A stretch of 64,000 nucleotides of DNA from an uncultured delta proteobacterium (GTDB lineage Bacteria; Bdellovibrionota; FAC87; UBA2466), in contig CAVZSV010000005.1 of assembly GCA_963778115.1 (NCBI GenBank), positions 160,001 to 224,000 on the forward strand, given 5' to 3'. The position numbers were made by a program, and so were the translations under genes. The first letter of the stretch is position 1. The number at the start of each line of letters is the position of its first letter. This document shows positions 29,220 to 39,529 of the stretch, in pieces. The notes under the pieces were generated by a model. The model worked only from the letters and a program-made list of their open reading frames with translations. It did no database searches and was not told the DNA's origin.

Positions 29220-30296
29220 GTGCCCGAAAACGAAAAATCTACAGAAGATAGAACAGAAGCCCCTACGCAGTTCCGTCGTGAGGAGTTTCGTAAGCAGGGG
29301 ACCGTTGCCGTTTCCAAGGAGATACTCTCGGTTGCTGTGATGATGTCGGTGGGAATGTCGCTGTATTTTTTTATCTCTATCGTTTATCGAGAGTTTCAGG
29401 CGATGGCTCTGGAGTTCTTCGGCTTCGGAAAATCGGAACTGACTCGAGATACCTTTTTAGAGCTAAGAGTGGATATGTTTCATCACTGGGGATGGATGGC
29501 CTTACCAGTGATGGGGGTTACGGTCGTCGCTGGTTTAGCGGCCTGTGTCGCTCAAGTGGGTTTCCATGTCACGACTGATACTCTGACTCCGAATTGGGAC
29601 AGAATAAATCCAGTCAACGGATTCGCAAGGATCTTTTCATGGCAAGGATCTGCGGAAGGGGTGAAAGCACTCATCAAATTAACGGTGGTCGTTCTTATCG
29701 TTTACAGTTTTGTGAAAAATCAGGCGCCGGGTGTGGGAAATTATTTGTCCATGACCCTTCCAGAAGGGGTGGCAATGATGCTTACCACCGTCGCGCGGCT
29801 CTTTTTGACGATGTTATTTGCGTTGCTGGTCATGGGGGCTTTGGATTACGGCTTCCAGCGCTTTCAGGTCGAGCGTCAGATGAAGATGACCAAAAGGGAG
29901 GCGAAGGAAGAATTCAAGCTTCGAGAGGGAGATCCTCTCATTAAGTCGAGAATTCGAAGTATCCAAAGACGAATGGCTAGCCGTCGAATGATGGAGGCGG
30001 TACCTAAGGCGGATGTGATTGTTACCAACCCCACTCACTTGGCGGTGGCGCTTCAGTACAATGCTGAGACGATGCATGCGCCTAAAGTGATTGCGAAAGG
30101 GGCGGGAGTTATCGCTGAAAAGATTAAGGAGCTAGCAAGATTTCATCGAATCCCGGTTGTCGAGAATAAGCCACTAGCCAGAACGATCTACAAAGAAATC
30201 GAAATTAACCAGTACGTCCCTCGAGAACTTTATAAAGCGGTCGCCGAAGTCCTAGCCTACGTCTATCGGCTAAAAGGGGTAGCAAATGGAAAATGA
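29220..30296 (+). CDS. flhB: Flagellar export switch protein FlhB
   Basis: RTEAPT, EGDP, NPTH autocleavage motif, AVAEVLAYVY. Confidence 0.96.
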   Translation: MPENEKSTEDRTEAPTQFRREEFRKQGTVAVSKEILSVAVMMSVGMSLYFFISIVYREFQAMALEFFGFGKSELTRDTFLELRVDMFHHWGWMALPVMGVTVVAGLAACVAQVGFHVTTDTLTPNWDRINPVNGFARIFSWQGSAEGVKALIKLTVVVLIVYSFVKNQAPGVGNYLSMTLPEGVAMMLTTVARLFLTMLFALLVMGALDYGFQRFQVERQMKMTKREAKEEFKLREGDPLIKSRIRSIQRRMASRRMMEAVPKADVIVTNPTHLAVALQYNAETMHAPKVIAKGAGVIAEKIKELARFHRIPVVENKPLARTIYKEIEINQYVPRELYKAVAEVLAYVYRLKGVANGK

Positions 30297-32367
30297 ATTC
30301 AGACTTCCCATCAATTTCAACAAGCTGATGAAGCATAGCGACTTGCTCATCGCGGTCGCCCTGCTAGGCACCTTGTTGATGATGATTCTTCCTATTCCAC
30401 CGTTCTTCATGGATATCTTTCTCGTCGGCAATCTAACGATGAGTATCGCGATTCTTCTGATCGCAGTCTACGCGGGAAGGCCACTGGACTTCTCGGTCTT
30501 TCCCACGATTTTACTTTTCTCGACACTCTTTAGGCTCTCTTTGAATGTCGCGACCACTCGTTTAGTCCTGCTTCACGGAAACGAAGGGACTGCAGCGGCA
30601 GGGCACGTGATTGAGACCTTCGGTCGAATGGTCGTCGGAGGAAGTTACATCGTCGGTGTGGTTATCTTCATCCTGCTTATCATTATTAACTTCGTCGTCA
30701 TAACCAAAGGTTCCGGTCGAGTCGCCGAGGTCGCCGCCCGATTTGTTTTGGATGCGATGCCTGGAAAACAGATGAGTATCGATGCCGATCTCAATGCAGG
30801 TCTCATCACTGAAGATCAAGCTAGAGAGCGCCGTAAGAAAGTGGAAACGGAAGCGGACTTTTACGGGGCCATGGACGGTGCTAGTAAATTCGTTCGAGGA
30901 GACGCGATCGCCGGCATTTTAATCACTTTCATTAATATCATTGGGGGACTTGCCATCGGTTGTTTTCAAAAAGGGCTGCCTTTAGGGCAAGCGGCGGAAC
31001 TCTATACGTTAATGACCATCGGAGATGGTCTGGTTACCCAGATTCCTTCTCTGATCGTCTCAACTGCGGCTGGTATCGTAGTTACGAGAGCCGCATCGGG
31101 AAGTAACCTTTCGAAAGATGTTGCAAACCAAATCTTCATGCAGCCCAGAGCTATGGGGATTACCGCGGGTATCATCTTTTTCATAGGTCTTATGCCCGGC
31201 ATTCCCGGCCTGCCGTTTTTCTTGGTGGCTCTTATCATCGGTAGCATTTCCTACTTGGTCCGAACACATCAAAAAGATCAAGTCGCTCAGAAGAAGATTG
31301 AAGAGCGTAAGCAATTGGAGCAGGCCAGTGTGGAGACCAACGTTCCTCCCGAAGTCGACGCTCTGGAACTTCAGGTGGGATATGGATTGGTGAACTTGGT
31401 CGATCCCGAACAGAAGGGAGACCTGGTAGATAGGATCTATCAACTGCGCAAGGAGTTTGCCAAAGATCTTGGCATCGTAGTTCCCAAAGTGCGCATCAAG
31501 GATAATTTAGAACTTCAGCCCGGCCAATATTCCATCTTGATCAAAGGGGTCGCTGTAGGTGGCGGAGAATTAATGAGTGGTTATTGCTTGGCGATGGATC
31601 CCGGCAATGTGGAAACCAAGATGGCGGGCATTGAGACCAAAGAGCCCGTATTCGGATTACCAGCCCTTTGGGTCTCGGAGAAGCAAAGGGAAAGAGCGCA
31701 AATCGCAGGCTACACCGTAGTCGACGCTTCAACCATTATTGCAACCCACCTATCGGAAACGATTCGCAAACATTCCTTTGAGCTAATCGGACGTCAAGAG
31801 CTTCAAAGCTTGATAGAGAATGTGGCAAAAAGCCATCCCAAGGTGGTGGAGGAGCTTATCCCCTCAGTGCTTAATTTGGGTGTTGTGCTCAAGGTATGTC
31901 AGAGCCTTCTTCGCGAGCAAGTGCCCATCCGAGATCTCTTATCCATTTTAGAAACACTCGCCAACTACGGGCCTCAAACCAAAGATCCCGAAGCCCTCAC
32001 TGAGTTTGTGAGAGCCTCTTTGGCTCGAACTATCACCAACCGTCTGACACTTGGGACTCACGATCTTGAAGTGATTACGATGGAGCCCAGAACCGAAGAG
32101 ACGTTGATCCGCGCTTACCAAAAACATGAGGGCTCGGCGATGATCAATCTGGAACCGGGTTACTTCGAGCGCTTGATAAAGCAACTTCAAAGAACGATGG
32201 AGACCACGGTCTTTAATTCCGGCATTCCGGTGCTTTTATGCCATCCGGTCATCCGCGCTCAATTAAAGAAGCTCGTCGAACGTTTTATTCCTAACTTAAG
32301 TATCGTCTCCGCCAATGAGATTGCACCCTTTGCCAAGGTGAAGTCCATTGCCACCGTTGAAGCTTAG
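30286..32367 (+). CDS. flhA: Flagellar export gate protein FlhA
   Basis: RVAEVAARFVLDAMPGKQMSIDADL, FYGAMDGASKFVRGDA. Confidence 0.97.
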   Translation: MENEFRLPINFNKLMKHSDLLIAVALLGTLLMMILPIPPFFMDIFLVGNLTMSIAILLIAVYAGRPLDFSVFPTILLFSTLFRLSLNVATTRLVLLHGNEGTAAAGHVIETFGRMVVGGSYIVGVVIFILLIIINFVVITKGSGRVAEVAARFVLDAMPGKQMSIDADLNAGLITEDQARERRKKVETEADFYGAMDGASKFVRGDAIAGILITFINIIGGLAIGCFQKGLPLGQAAELYTLMTIGDGLVTQIPSLIVSTAAGIVVTRAASGSNLSKDVANQIFMQPRAMGITAGIIFFIGLMPGIPGLPFFLVALIIGSISYLVRTHQKDQVAQKKIEERKQLEQASVETNVPPEVDALELQVGYGLVNLVDPEQKGDLVDRIYQLRKEFAKDLGIVVPKVRIKDNLELQPGQYSILIKGVAVGGGELMSGYCLAMDPGNVETKMAGIETKEPVFGLPALWVSEKQRERAQIAGYTVVDASTIIATHLSETIRKHSFELIGRQELQSLIENVAKSHPKVVEELIPSVLNLGVVLKVCQSLLREQVPIRDLLSILETLANYGPQTKDPEALTEFVRASLARTITNRLTLGTHDLEVITMEPRTEETLIRAYQKHEGSAMINLEPGYFERLIKQLQRTMETTVFNSGIPVLLCHPVIRAQLKKLVERFIPNLSIVSANEIAPFAKVKSIATVEA

Positions 32368-32401
32368 TTCTGAGAATTTTTGTTTTCTTGGGGGAGGTCC
32401 T

Positions 32402-33508
32402 ATGTTTGTGAAGAAATTTGAGGCCGAGTCACTGGAACAGGCGCTTTCGTTAGTAAAAACGGAGCTCGGACCGAACGCACTGATTTTATCGACTCAAAAT
32501 CGTAAAGGGAAATGGTTCCAAAAGCCTTCCGTAGAGGTGACGGCAGCTTTTGATTCCAAAGCAGCCGGTGACCCGCTACCTGAGACTCCACCTGAGTCCT
32601 TTAGCGAAGATGAGTTGGCCAGGGTTTTCCCCCATCGCAAGCGTCGAACGGTCATCGATGATGAAGGGGAGCCCAACGTCAGTAAGCAGGGGACGAGCCG
32701 CTACGCCGATTTTTCCTCGCACTCTTCAAAACCTAAATCGGAAAATTTGGAATTGATGTGGACACGGCTTGGTTTTTCGCCCGAATCGGCCGAAGAGTTG
32801 GCAAGGCGGTTAAAGTTCGATTATCCCAAAAAAGATCTTTCTAATCCTGCTTTCTTGGATAAAGCCAGGGCTCGTTTAGTCACTCCGGTACTTAACACGT
32901 TATCGTCCGCCATCTTAAATCAACGAGCTCACTGGACGTTGGTAGGCGCTCCAGGGTGTGGAAAGACGTCTCTTTGTGTAAAGCTGGCACTTCATGCCAA
33001 AGCGGAAGGCAGTCGGGTTGCTCTTTTAAGCTGCGACAAATTTAAGTTGTTAGGAAAAAAAGAGTTAGCTGCTTACGCGAAACTGATCCAAGTTTCTTTT
33101 TACGGGGAAAGTCAGACCTTTAAAAAAGAGGATTGTAGCTTTGCCGATAGCCCGGCCTTTCCCATGGCGGGAACCGAAAAGGCCGTTGAGCGCTGGGCCG
33201 AAATCGAAGCGGTCTGCCGAGATCGTTCGGTTATCGTGGTATTAGATGCGTCCGCACGATTAAACGAACTGGTAAGGCAAGTCGATCAGGCCAAAGTTCG
33301 CCTAAACGTAACGGGGCTAGCTTTCACCAGGCTCGACATCATCGCTCACTATGGCATTGTCCACGACGTGCTCAAAGCGACGAAAGTTCCCTTGCTGGGA
33401 GCTTCGCTTTCGCAATCCTATAAGACAGCTTTTAAATTCTTCGAAAATTCCGAACTTTGCAGTCTCATTCTTCGTGGTCGCCCGCTTTCAGAGGAGCCCT
33501 TTGTATGA
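32402..33508 (+). CDS. flhF: SRP-family GTPase FlhF (divergent)
   Basis: MFVKKFEA...VKTELGPNALILS N-terminus, P-loop GAPGCGKT, position after flhA. Confidence 0.82.
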   Translation: MFVKKFEAESLEQALSLVKTELGPNALILSTQNRKGKWFQKPSVEVTAAFDSKAAGDPLPETPPESFSEDELARVFPHRKRRTVIDDEGEPNVSKQGTSRYADFSSHSSKPKSENLELMWTRLGFSPESAEELARRLKFDYPKKDLSNPAFLDKARARLVTPVLNTLSSAILNQRAHWTLVGAPGCGKTSLCVKLALHAKAEGSRVALLSCDKFKLLGKKELAAYAKLIQVSFYGESQTFKKEDCSFADSPAFPMAGTEKAVERWAEIEAVCRDRSVIVVLDASARLNELVRQVDQAKVRLNVTGLAFTRLDIIAHYGIVHDVLKATKVPLLGASLSQSYKTAFKFFENSELCSLILRGRPLSEEPFV

Positions 33509-34320
33509 ATACAAGAGTCATTTCGGTAGCCAGTGGAAAAGGTGGGGTAGGTAAGACTACTCTGGTCGCGAATTTGGGAGCTCTGTGGGCCAAAGCCGGC
33601 AAAAAAACTCTTCTGATCGATGGGGATTGGAGTTTAGGAAAATTGAGCCTAACGCTGGGTGTTAGACCCCAATGGACGGTAGAAAGGGTACTTTCGGGAG
33701 AGATAGCCCTATCGGAAGCGGTCCATGCGGTATCGCCCCGCTTAAGTTTGCTCGCTTCGCCGTCGGGCGTTATTGGGCTTGAAGAGTTATCGGAAGCGGC
33801 GCGTAACCAAATATTTTTCGAATTAGAGAGTGTGGCTTCCCATTACGACGTTATTTTGTTCGACCATTCCTCAGGACTTAATTGGGGAGTATTACAATTT
33901 GCTGCGGCCAGCCATCAACACTTGATAGTCACCACACCGGAACCTACAAGCTATACGGATGCCTATGCTATAATGAAGATACTGTCGAAACGGTTTGCGA
34001 TCCGCAATTTCTCTTTGCTCGTTACCATGAGCCAGAACTTAGCCGAGACGGAGAGTATCATGGCTCGCTTTACGGATGTGGTTCGCAGCCATCTCGATGT
34101 TCGAGTTTCACTTCTAGAAATTTTTCCGTGGGAGCCCCGACTGGGAGAATCCATCCGAAAGCAGCGTCCGTTCGTCGACTTGTTTAGCCGCGACCCGTTG
34201 ACCCAGCGTTTCGACGAAGTACGGATGCGATTGGAACAGGAAATCTTGGTCAAGCACCACGGACTTAGTTTTTTTACTGAACAAGAACTACCCCAATCGA
34301 CGCACCGGATCTGCTGGTAA
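33505..34320 (+). CDS. flhG: MinD-like flagellar number regulator FlhG/FleN
   Basis: SGKGGVGKT, VTTPEPTSYTDAYA; between flhF and fliA. Confidence 0.88.
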   Translation: MNTRVISVASGKGGVGKTTLVANLGALWAKAGKKTLLIDGDWSLGKLSLTLGVRPQWTVERVLSGEIALSEAVHAVSPRLSLLASPSGVIGLEELSEAARNQIFFELESVASHYDVILFDHSSGLNWGVLQFAAASHQHLIVTTPEPTSYTDAYAIMKILSKRFAIRNFSLLVTMSQNLAETESIMARFTDVVRSHLDVRVSLLEIFPWEPRLGESIRKQRPFVDLFSRDPLTQRFDEVRMRLEQEILVKHHGLSFFTEQELPQSTHRICW

Positions 34321-34358
34321 CGTCGTCGGGGCAACCTTTCTTCAGCGAGCTCAAAAAA

Positions 34359-35132
34359 ATGCCAACCATGATTAAAAAGTACAAAGACGGTCCGAAAAAG
34401 ATCGATAGACGTACGAAAGAGAAGTTGATTCTAGAGTACGCCCCTCTGATTCGGTTTATCGCGCAAAAAATTGCGGTCCGTCTTCCCTCCAATATCGAAT
34501 TCGACGATTTGGTGAGCAGCGGGGTTATCGGACTTATGGACGCCATCGATAAGTACGATCCCACTCGAGATAACAAGTTTAAGACCTATGCCGAGTTTCG
34601 GATCCGGGGCGCTATTCTTGACGAATTAAGGGCTCAAGACTGGGTGCCTCGTTCGGTCCGAGAAAAGGCCAAGCAGCTGGAAAAGGCCCATATCCGCTTA
34701 GAACAGAAGTTAGGGAGGATGCCTACGGAGGATGAGATAACCCGCGAGCTGCAGATATCTAAAGATGAGTATTATGAGCTCTTGAACCAAGTGAAGTCTG
34801 TGTCTATTCTTTCCTTGGACGAGGCGGGAAGCTTCAACAGTAGCGATCGCAAAAGTATTCTTAGTCTTTTAGAGAGCTGCAAGATTCCTAGCCCTATTAC
34901 TCAGCTGAATTTGAAAGACATCAAAGAGGTGGTCACTAGGGCTATCGAGAGTCTTCCTGAGAAACAGCGGTTGGTGCTCAGTCTTTATTACTATGAAGAC
35001 TTGAACTTGAAAGAAATTGGTGAAGTCTTGGATGTCACGGAAAGCCGCGTATCGCAATTGCACACGCAAGCGGTATTATGGCTTCGTAGAAAGTTGAAGA
35101 CCCACTTCGAGGACGGAGATACTGGTGGATGA
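34359..35132 (+). CDS. fliA: RNA polymerase sigma factor FliA (sigma28)
   Basis: FKTYAEFRIRGAILDELRAQDWVPRS, EIGEVLDVTESRVSQLH. Confidence 0.96.
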   Translation: MPTMIKKYKDGPKKIDRRTKEKLILEYAPLIRFIAQKIAVRLPSNIEFDDLVSSGVIGLMDAIDKYDPTRDNKFKTYAEFRIRGAILDELRAQDWVPRSVREKAKQLEKAHIRLEQKLGRMPTEDEITRELQISKDEYYELLNQVKSVSILSLDEAGSFNSSDRKSILSLLESCKIPSPITQLNLKDIKEVVTRAIESLPEKQRLVLSLYYYEDLNLKEIGEVLDVTESRVSQLHTQAVLWLRRKLKTHFEDGDTGG

Positions 35133-36025
35133 GTGCCGCAGTTGAAATTAACGATTTTCTCTGCTTTGTAAGTTCCGAAAGAGCTCTCTCTGCTAATACC
35201 CGCCAAGCCTACGAGAAAGATCTCGAACACTTTCTTAATTTCTGCCGAAGAAAAGGAATTCTCTTAGTCACTATCGAACTCCACAGCCTTCGAGATTACC
35301 TAGCCACTTTGCGAAAACAGGGATTAACTTCCCGATCGATTGCCCGTAAATTGAGTGCGCTAAAGCAGTTGTACAAATTTTTAATGCGCGAGGGACGCAT
35401 CGAATCGGACCCCGTAGAACTGCTCTCTGTTCAAGTGAATGAAAAGCGGCTTCCTAAGCACCTCTCGATTGATCAGATTATGAGCTTGATTGAAGCTGCC
35501 AGTGGAAAGTCCGAAGCCGATATCCGAGATAGGGCGCTTTTAGAGCTATGGTACGCGACAGGTGCCAGGGTTACCGAGATGGCGACTCTTACTATTTCTG
35601 CCATCGACTGGAAAGACAGAGTCGTGAAGGTGAAAGGGAAGGGAAACCGCAGTCGCCTGATTCCCATCTCCCAGGCGGCGCTAGAGTGGTGTCTCAAATA
35701 CCGGGATATCCGGCATGAATGGCTTAGGCGTCACGATCTCAAAGACGTCGAGACCTTTTTCCTGTCGAGCAGAGGAACCGGTTTTACGAGACAGTCGGTA
35801 TGGCGGTTGGTAAAGAAATATGCCGAAAAAGCGGGGTTAGGAAAAGACGTTTGGCCCCACATGATCCGCCATTCCTTTGCTACCCACGTGCTTGAAGGAG
35901 GGGCCGATTTGCGATCGGTTCAGGAGCTTTTGGGCCACAGGTCCATTGCGACTACGGAAATTTACACGCACTTGAGTATCGAAAATTTGAAACTCATGCA
36001 GTTGAAATATCATCCGAGACGTTAA
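35129..36025 (+). CDS. xerD: Site-specific tyrosine recombinase XerD (or XerC)
   Basis: LWYATGARVTE, HMIRHSFATH, GADLRSVQELLGH, TTEIYTH. Confidence 0.85.
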   Translation: MSAAVEINDFLCFVSSERALSANTRQAYEKDLEHFLNFCRRKGILLVTIELHSLRDYLATLRKQGLTSRSIARKLSALKQLYKFLMREGRIESDPVELLSVQVNEKRLPKHLSIDQIMSLIEAASGKSEADIRDRALLELWYATGARVTEMATLTISAIDWKDRVVKVKGKGNRSRLIPISQAALEWCLKYRDIRHEWLRRHDLKDVETFFLSSRGTGFTRQSVWRLVKKYAEKAGLGKDVWPHMIRHSFATHVLEGGADLRSVQELLGHRSIATTEIYTHLSIENLKLMQLKYHPRR

Positions 36026-36056
36026 CATTAATCTGTAAATAAGGTAGGGGGGCTCC

Positions 36057-36946
36057 ATGAGAGGTCGTCATCTGCTTTACACGGTTCCGATGCTGCTTCT
36101 AAGTTCGTGCTTTATAAAACCGAATGCCCCCGGCAATCAGGCAAACCCGGCTTCCGTTCCCTCCGAAGGCCTTATTGTCTTGGAAGATGTCTCCGGAGAC
36201 CAGGCCCTAGCGGGGCTTGTCGGGGAGTTTGATCTTCAAACGAGTGCCCATTCTTTTCATTTGATTCACACGGCATCAGAATTGCCATTCGTCGGATTTA
36301 ATCCGTTGCTCCGTACTCCGCAGCCTAGAGATCCTCAGTGCGAAATGGTCCAAGCCTCGCATAGCCCTTTGGATAGCGCCGTACCGTATGTTTCGGGGGG
36401 AGCGATGAGTTTCGGTCCGGCTCTCCAATCGACGTTAGTTTCCGTTCCTGAAGAAACGGATAATAGTTATAACTTAACTCTTGAACCAGGGCTTCCCCCG
36501 GCGTTTACCAAGTTCAAGTGGCGGGTTCGGCTGATATTCCCGCTTTTGCGACATCGATAGAGCTTCCCGAAAATTTAAACAACGTCACCATAGAGAACAG
36601 TACTCTAGATACTCATACCATCACTATTAAGAAGGCCGAATCGCTTAATGTAGCCTGGACTGCCCCCTCCATGACTAACGATACCAATGTGATGATCTTA
36701 GATGTCTATGCGGATTCGGCTCAGGCAAATTTGCAGCTTCACTGTGTGATTCCTGAAACTTCGGCCTCCCTCATTGGAGGTGCCGAACTATGGACGATCG
36801 ATTCTAGCTGGCTACAGCAACTTCCCACCACCAACACCGCCCAACTCTATATTGCGCGCGGAAATGTCTATGATGCCACCCAAGACAGTCTGGATGTTCA
36901 GCTTCAGGGGCTGAGAACTCACTTTGCGAATATTACATTGGAGTAG
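36057..36946 (+). pseudogene. Lipoprotein gene split by a 1-bp frameshift in a C run (ORFs 36057..36560 and 36518..36946); probably an assembly error
   Basis: Lipobox LSSC; adding one C to CCCCC at 36495-36499 gives a continuous ...GLPPGVYQVQVAGSADIP... reading. Confidence 0.65.
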
Positions 36947-36974
36947 GCCTGAAAGGTGTCACTCTCCCTTTGGG

Positions 36975-38455
36975 CTAAGGATCATACATATCTTTTCTTG
37001 CCTTTCTCTGTGAAATTTGATCAATCATTTAGATGAGTAATACTCTTGAACCTAAGTTTTTTTCGTCCATGTCGAATGAGTTCGCTGGGGCTAATTTTGG
37101 CGATCTGCGACTCACCCGGAGGTTAATGGACATGTCTGACGGTATCGCCCAAGATCCTAAAGAGACCTTACCCAAGCTTTTAGGAGAAGGAGCTGGAATT
37201 GAGGGAGGTTACCGTTTTCTGCGTAATCCCCGTGTGAATTTGGAGTCGATTTTAGCATCCCATTTTGAGCAGACGGTTTTGCGAGCGAAACTGGAAAAGG
37301 AAGTTCTGGTTCTCCACGATACGACTGAGTTCAAATTTCCTTCCAAACGTAAGGGGCTAGGTTTGCTCAGTGGTAGTCGCTCCGCGGGAGACGGTTTCTA
37401 CGGGCATTTTTCCTTAGTTGTGGGATCTTGTTTGCATCGACCTCTTGGGGTTGTGGCGGTTGAGCCAATGATTAAGCTGAAGAAGAAAGGCTATCAAAGC
37501 CCGTCCAAAACGCGACAAGATCCGACGAGAAAGTCTCTGCGTTGGATGCGAGGAATTGTGGCCAGCGAATCGAGATTGGGCTTCGCAGCGAAACCTATTC
37601 ACGTGATGGACCGTGAGGCAGATTTCTTCGAGTTACTTTCTGAACTAAAAGATTCATCTGGTCGCTGCGTGATTCGAGTCTGCCGAGATCGTTTGGTTAC
37701 AGACGAAAACCTAGAAGAAGGAGTGAGCCTTTACAGCTCACTCGAGAGCGCTCCGGTAAAGCTTCAACGAGAAGTCCGAGTTGGAACAAGAGCACAAAGT
37801 CCCTTACCTCAAAACAGAAAAGACTACCCCGCTCGTCAGCAACGAACCGCCATGTTATCGGCGACAGCGGCAAGGGTGGAGCTAATACGAGGTCACCATC
37901 ATGGAGCAAGATTAAATAAGACTGTGACACTCAACGTTGTCCACGTCTTTGAGTCCAATCCGCCGGAGGGAACAGAGCCGATTGATTGGAAATTACTCAC
38001 TACCGAGTCTACCAATACGCCCGCGGATATCGAAAAGGTGATCGATATCTATCGAGCCAGATGGCTTATCGAAGAATATTTTAAGGCGATCAAAACTGGA
38101 TGTGCCTTTGAAGAACGGCAACTCGAATCGAAAGATACCATTTTCAATGCCTTGGCAATCTTTATCCCAATCGCCTGGCGAATGCTGCTCTTGCGAGCGG
38201 AAGCCAGGCAACGGCCACTCACCCCGGCGACAGTAGTGTTAACCCCGACTCAAATATCGGTTCTCCGAGCGGTCTCAAAAACTCCCATCCCAGAAAATCC
38301 TACGGTCGCAGAAGCAATTTCAGCCGTTGCGAGGCTCGGCGGCCACCTTAAGCAGAATGGCCCGCCAGGTTGGAAAATACTAGGAAAGGGCCTCACAGAA
38401 CTATTGACTCTAGAAAAAGGGTGGCTCGCTAAAGAAAGATGTGATCAATGATTAG
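36975..38455 (+). mobile_element. Complete IS4-family (IS50/Tn5-like) insertion sequence, 1481 bp
   Basis: 19-bp ends CTAAGGATCATACATATCT (36975-36993) and CTAATCATTGATCACATCT (reverse complement of 38437-38455) resemble IS50 ends; 9-bp target duplication CCCTTTGGG at 36966-36974 and 38456-38464. Confidence 0.93.
37033..38451 (+). CDS. IS4-family (IS50/Tn5-type) transposase
   Basis: FGDLRLTRRL, LHDTTE, VMDREAD, YRARWLIEEYFKAIK (YREK), ARLGGH..GPPGW. Confidence 0.95.
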   Translation: MSNTLEPKFFSSMSNEFAGANFGDLRLTRRLMDMSDGIAQDPKETLPKLLGEGAGIEGGYRFLRNPRVNLESILASHFEQTVLRAKLEKEVLVLHDTTEFKFPSKRKGLGLLSGSRSAGDGFYGHFSLVVGSCLHRPLGVVAVEPMIKLKKKGYQSPSKTRQDPTRKSLRWMRGIVASESRLGFAAKPIHVMDREADFFELLSELKDSSGRCVIRVCRDRLVTDENLEEGVSLYSSLESAPVKLQREVRVGTRAQSPLPQNRKDYPARQQRTAMLSATAARVELIRGHHHGARLNKTVTLNVVHVFESNPPEGTEPIDWKLLTTESTNTPADIEKVIDIYRARWLIEEYFKAIKTGCAFEERQLESKDTIFNALAIFIPIAWRMLLLRAEARQRPLTPATVVLTPTQISVLRAVSKTPIPENPTVAEAISAVARLGGHLKQNGPPGWKILGKGLTELLTLEKGWLAKERCDQ

Positions 38456-38537
38456 CCCTTTGGGCTCAAAAGGTACGGGTCATGTAAAGATGACCCGTAC
38501 CGAAAGGGCCCAAAAGGAGAGTGACACCTTACACACG

Positions 38538-39518
38538 ATGAAGCTCCATTCTATTCGAATACGGCTGTTTGAATGTGCGACGATTCGCGATCTATGCTCT
38601 TTGTACCTTCTTGTCTTGCTGGCCTCGGTCTCCGTTTACGGGGACGATTTGGGAGAGTGCGGGAAGGCGTTCGATGGTCTTTTGAACGTTTCATTGGCGT
38701 CGATTCCAAGAGATATTCAACCTCTGACTCCCGCAGATTCCGCTAATAGAACCCCTTTCACAGCCGTTGCCGAAGACAGTGTTGGGAATCTGTATTCAGG
38801 GGAAGCAGAGTGGGAGGAGCTCGTTCCTAATTATTGGATCGTCCGGATTCGTCAGTCGAATGGCGTTAGTCATCTTTTAGACCCTCAGCAAGTTCGAATC
38901 TACCGCGTTCCTGTGGAATGGAGGATTAAGGACGAGAGAGTTCGACGTAAGAGTTGGGTTAAACTGAACGAAGAGACGCTAAAATCGGCATGGTGTAAAA
39001 TCCTTCTGCTATACAACGGGAATCCGAACCATCCTGAAATTAAACCCCTCCGAGACGCAGTGGAGAGTAATCACAGTCGTTTGCTCGTCAATCGAAGCAT
39101 CTTGGAGTGCATGGCGGGTTTAGCGATCGCCTTTCCTAGCCTAGCGGAGATAGCCCGCATTCAAACGATGCCCGCTCGTACTAACTTCTATGAGGAACAT
39201 GCGCCCAACTTTTTTCTATCGATGACTTATCTAAGCATCATTCATAACTGCCTAACGGCAGGCCAGATCGGAGGCCTTTATAGAGAATCGCGTGGCGCGG
39301 TCGCAGGCGTCTTAGTCGGTGGCAGTATAGCCGGTAACTCCTGGGAAGAGATCGCCTTCGGCGAACATAGAAGCCTCCTAAATGGCAATAAGATAGTAAA
39401 GACCGACATGGGAGATCTCGGGGCGGGCCTTACTGCCACCGCATTGTATGCCCTGGCGGCCTATGTCTACGAATCGAGATTTGGACCTATTCCCGTCGCC
39501 CAATGGTGCAAAAATTGA
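38538..39518 (+). CDS. Hypothetical exported/membrane protein between the two palindromic repeats
   Basis: Long ORF; hydrophobic signal-like N-terminus and C-terminal hydrophobic segments; start uncertain. Confidence 0.65.
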   Translation: MKLHSIRIRLFECATIRDLCSLYLLVLLASVSVYGDDLGECGKAFDGLLNVSLASIPRDIQPLTPADSANRTPFTAVAEDSVGNLYSGEAEWEELVPNYWIVRIRQSNGVSHLLDPQQVRIYRVPVEWRIKDERVRRKSWVKLNEETLKSAWCKILLLYNGNPNHPEIKPLRDAVESNHSRLLVNRSILECMAGLAIAFPSLAEIARIQTMPARTNFYEEHAPNFFLSMTYLSIIHNCLTAGQIGGLYRESRGAVAGVLVGGSIAGNSWEEIAFGEHRSLLNGNKIVKTDMGDLGAGLTATALYALAAYVYESRFGPIPVAQWCKN

Positions 39519-39529
39519 AAGGAATTGAA

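Larger units (their letters stand above)
36953..38530. repeat. Nested palindromic (REP/MITE-like) element, copy 1, interrupted by the IS
   Basis: Left part AAGGTGTCACTCTCCCTTTGGG (36953-36974) plus right part 38456-38530 reconstitute the intact copy seen at 39530-39615. Confidence 0.85.

Noticed and set aside
35129..36025. Tyrosine recombinase as an island or integron integrase for the palindrome-flanked gene
   Set aside because: It has canonical XerD/XerC length and motifs, overlaps the fliA stop, and shows no obvious IntI-specific insertion. The palindromes lack clear attC RYYYAAC/GTTRRRY ends.
38448..38537. N-terminal extension of the ORF downstream of the IS
   Set aside because: It starts within the IS right end and reads through the palindrome, so it is probably a fortuitous open frame
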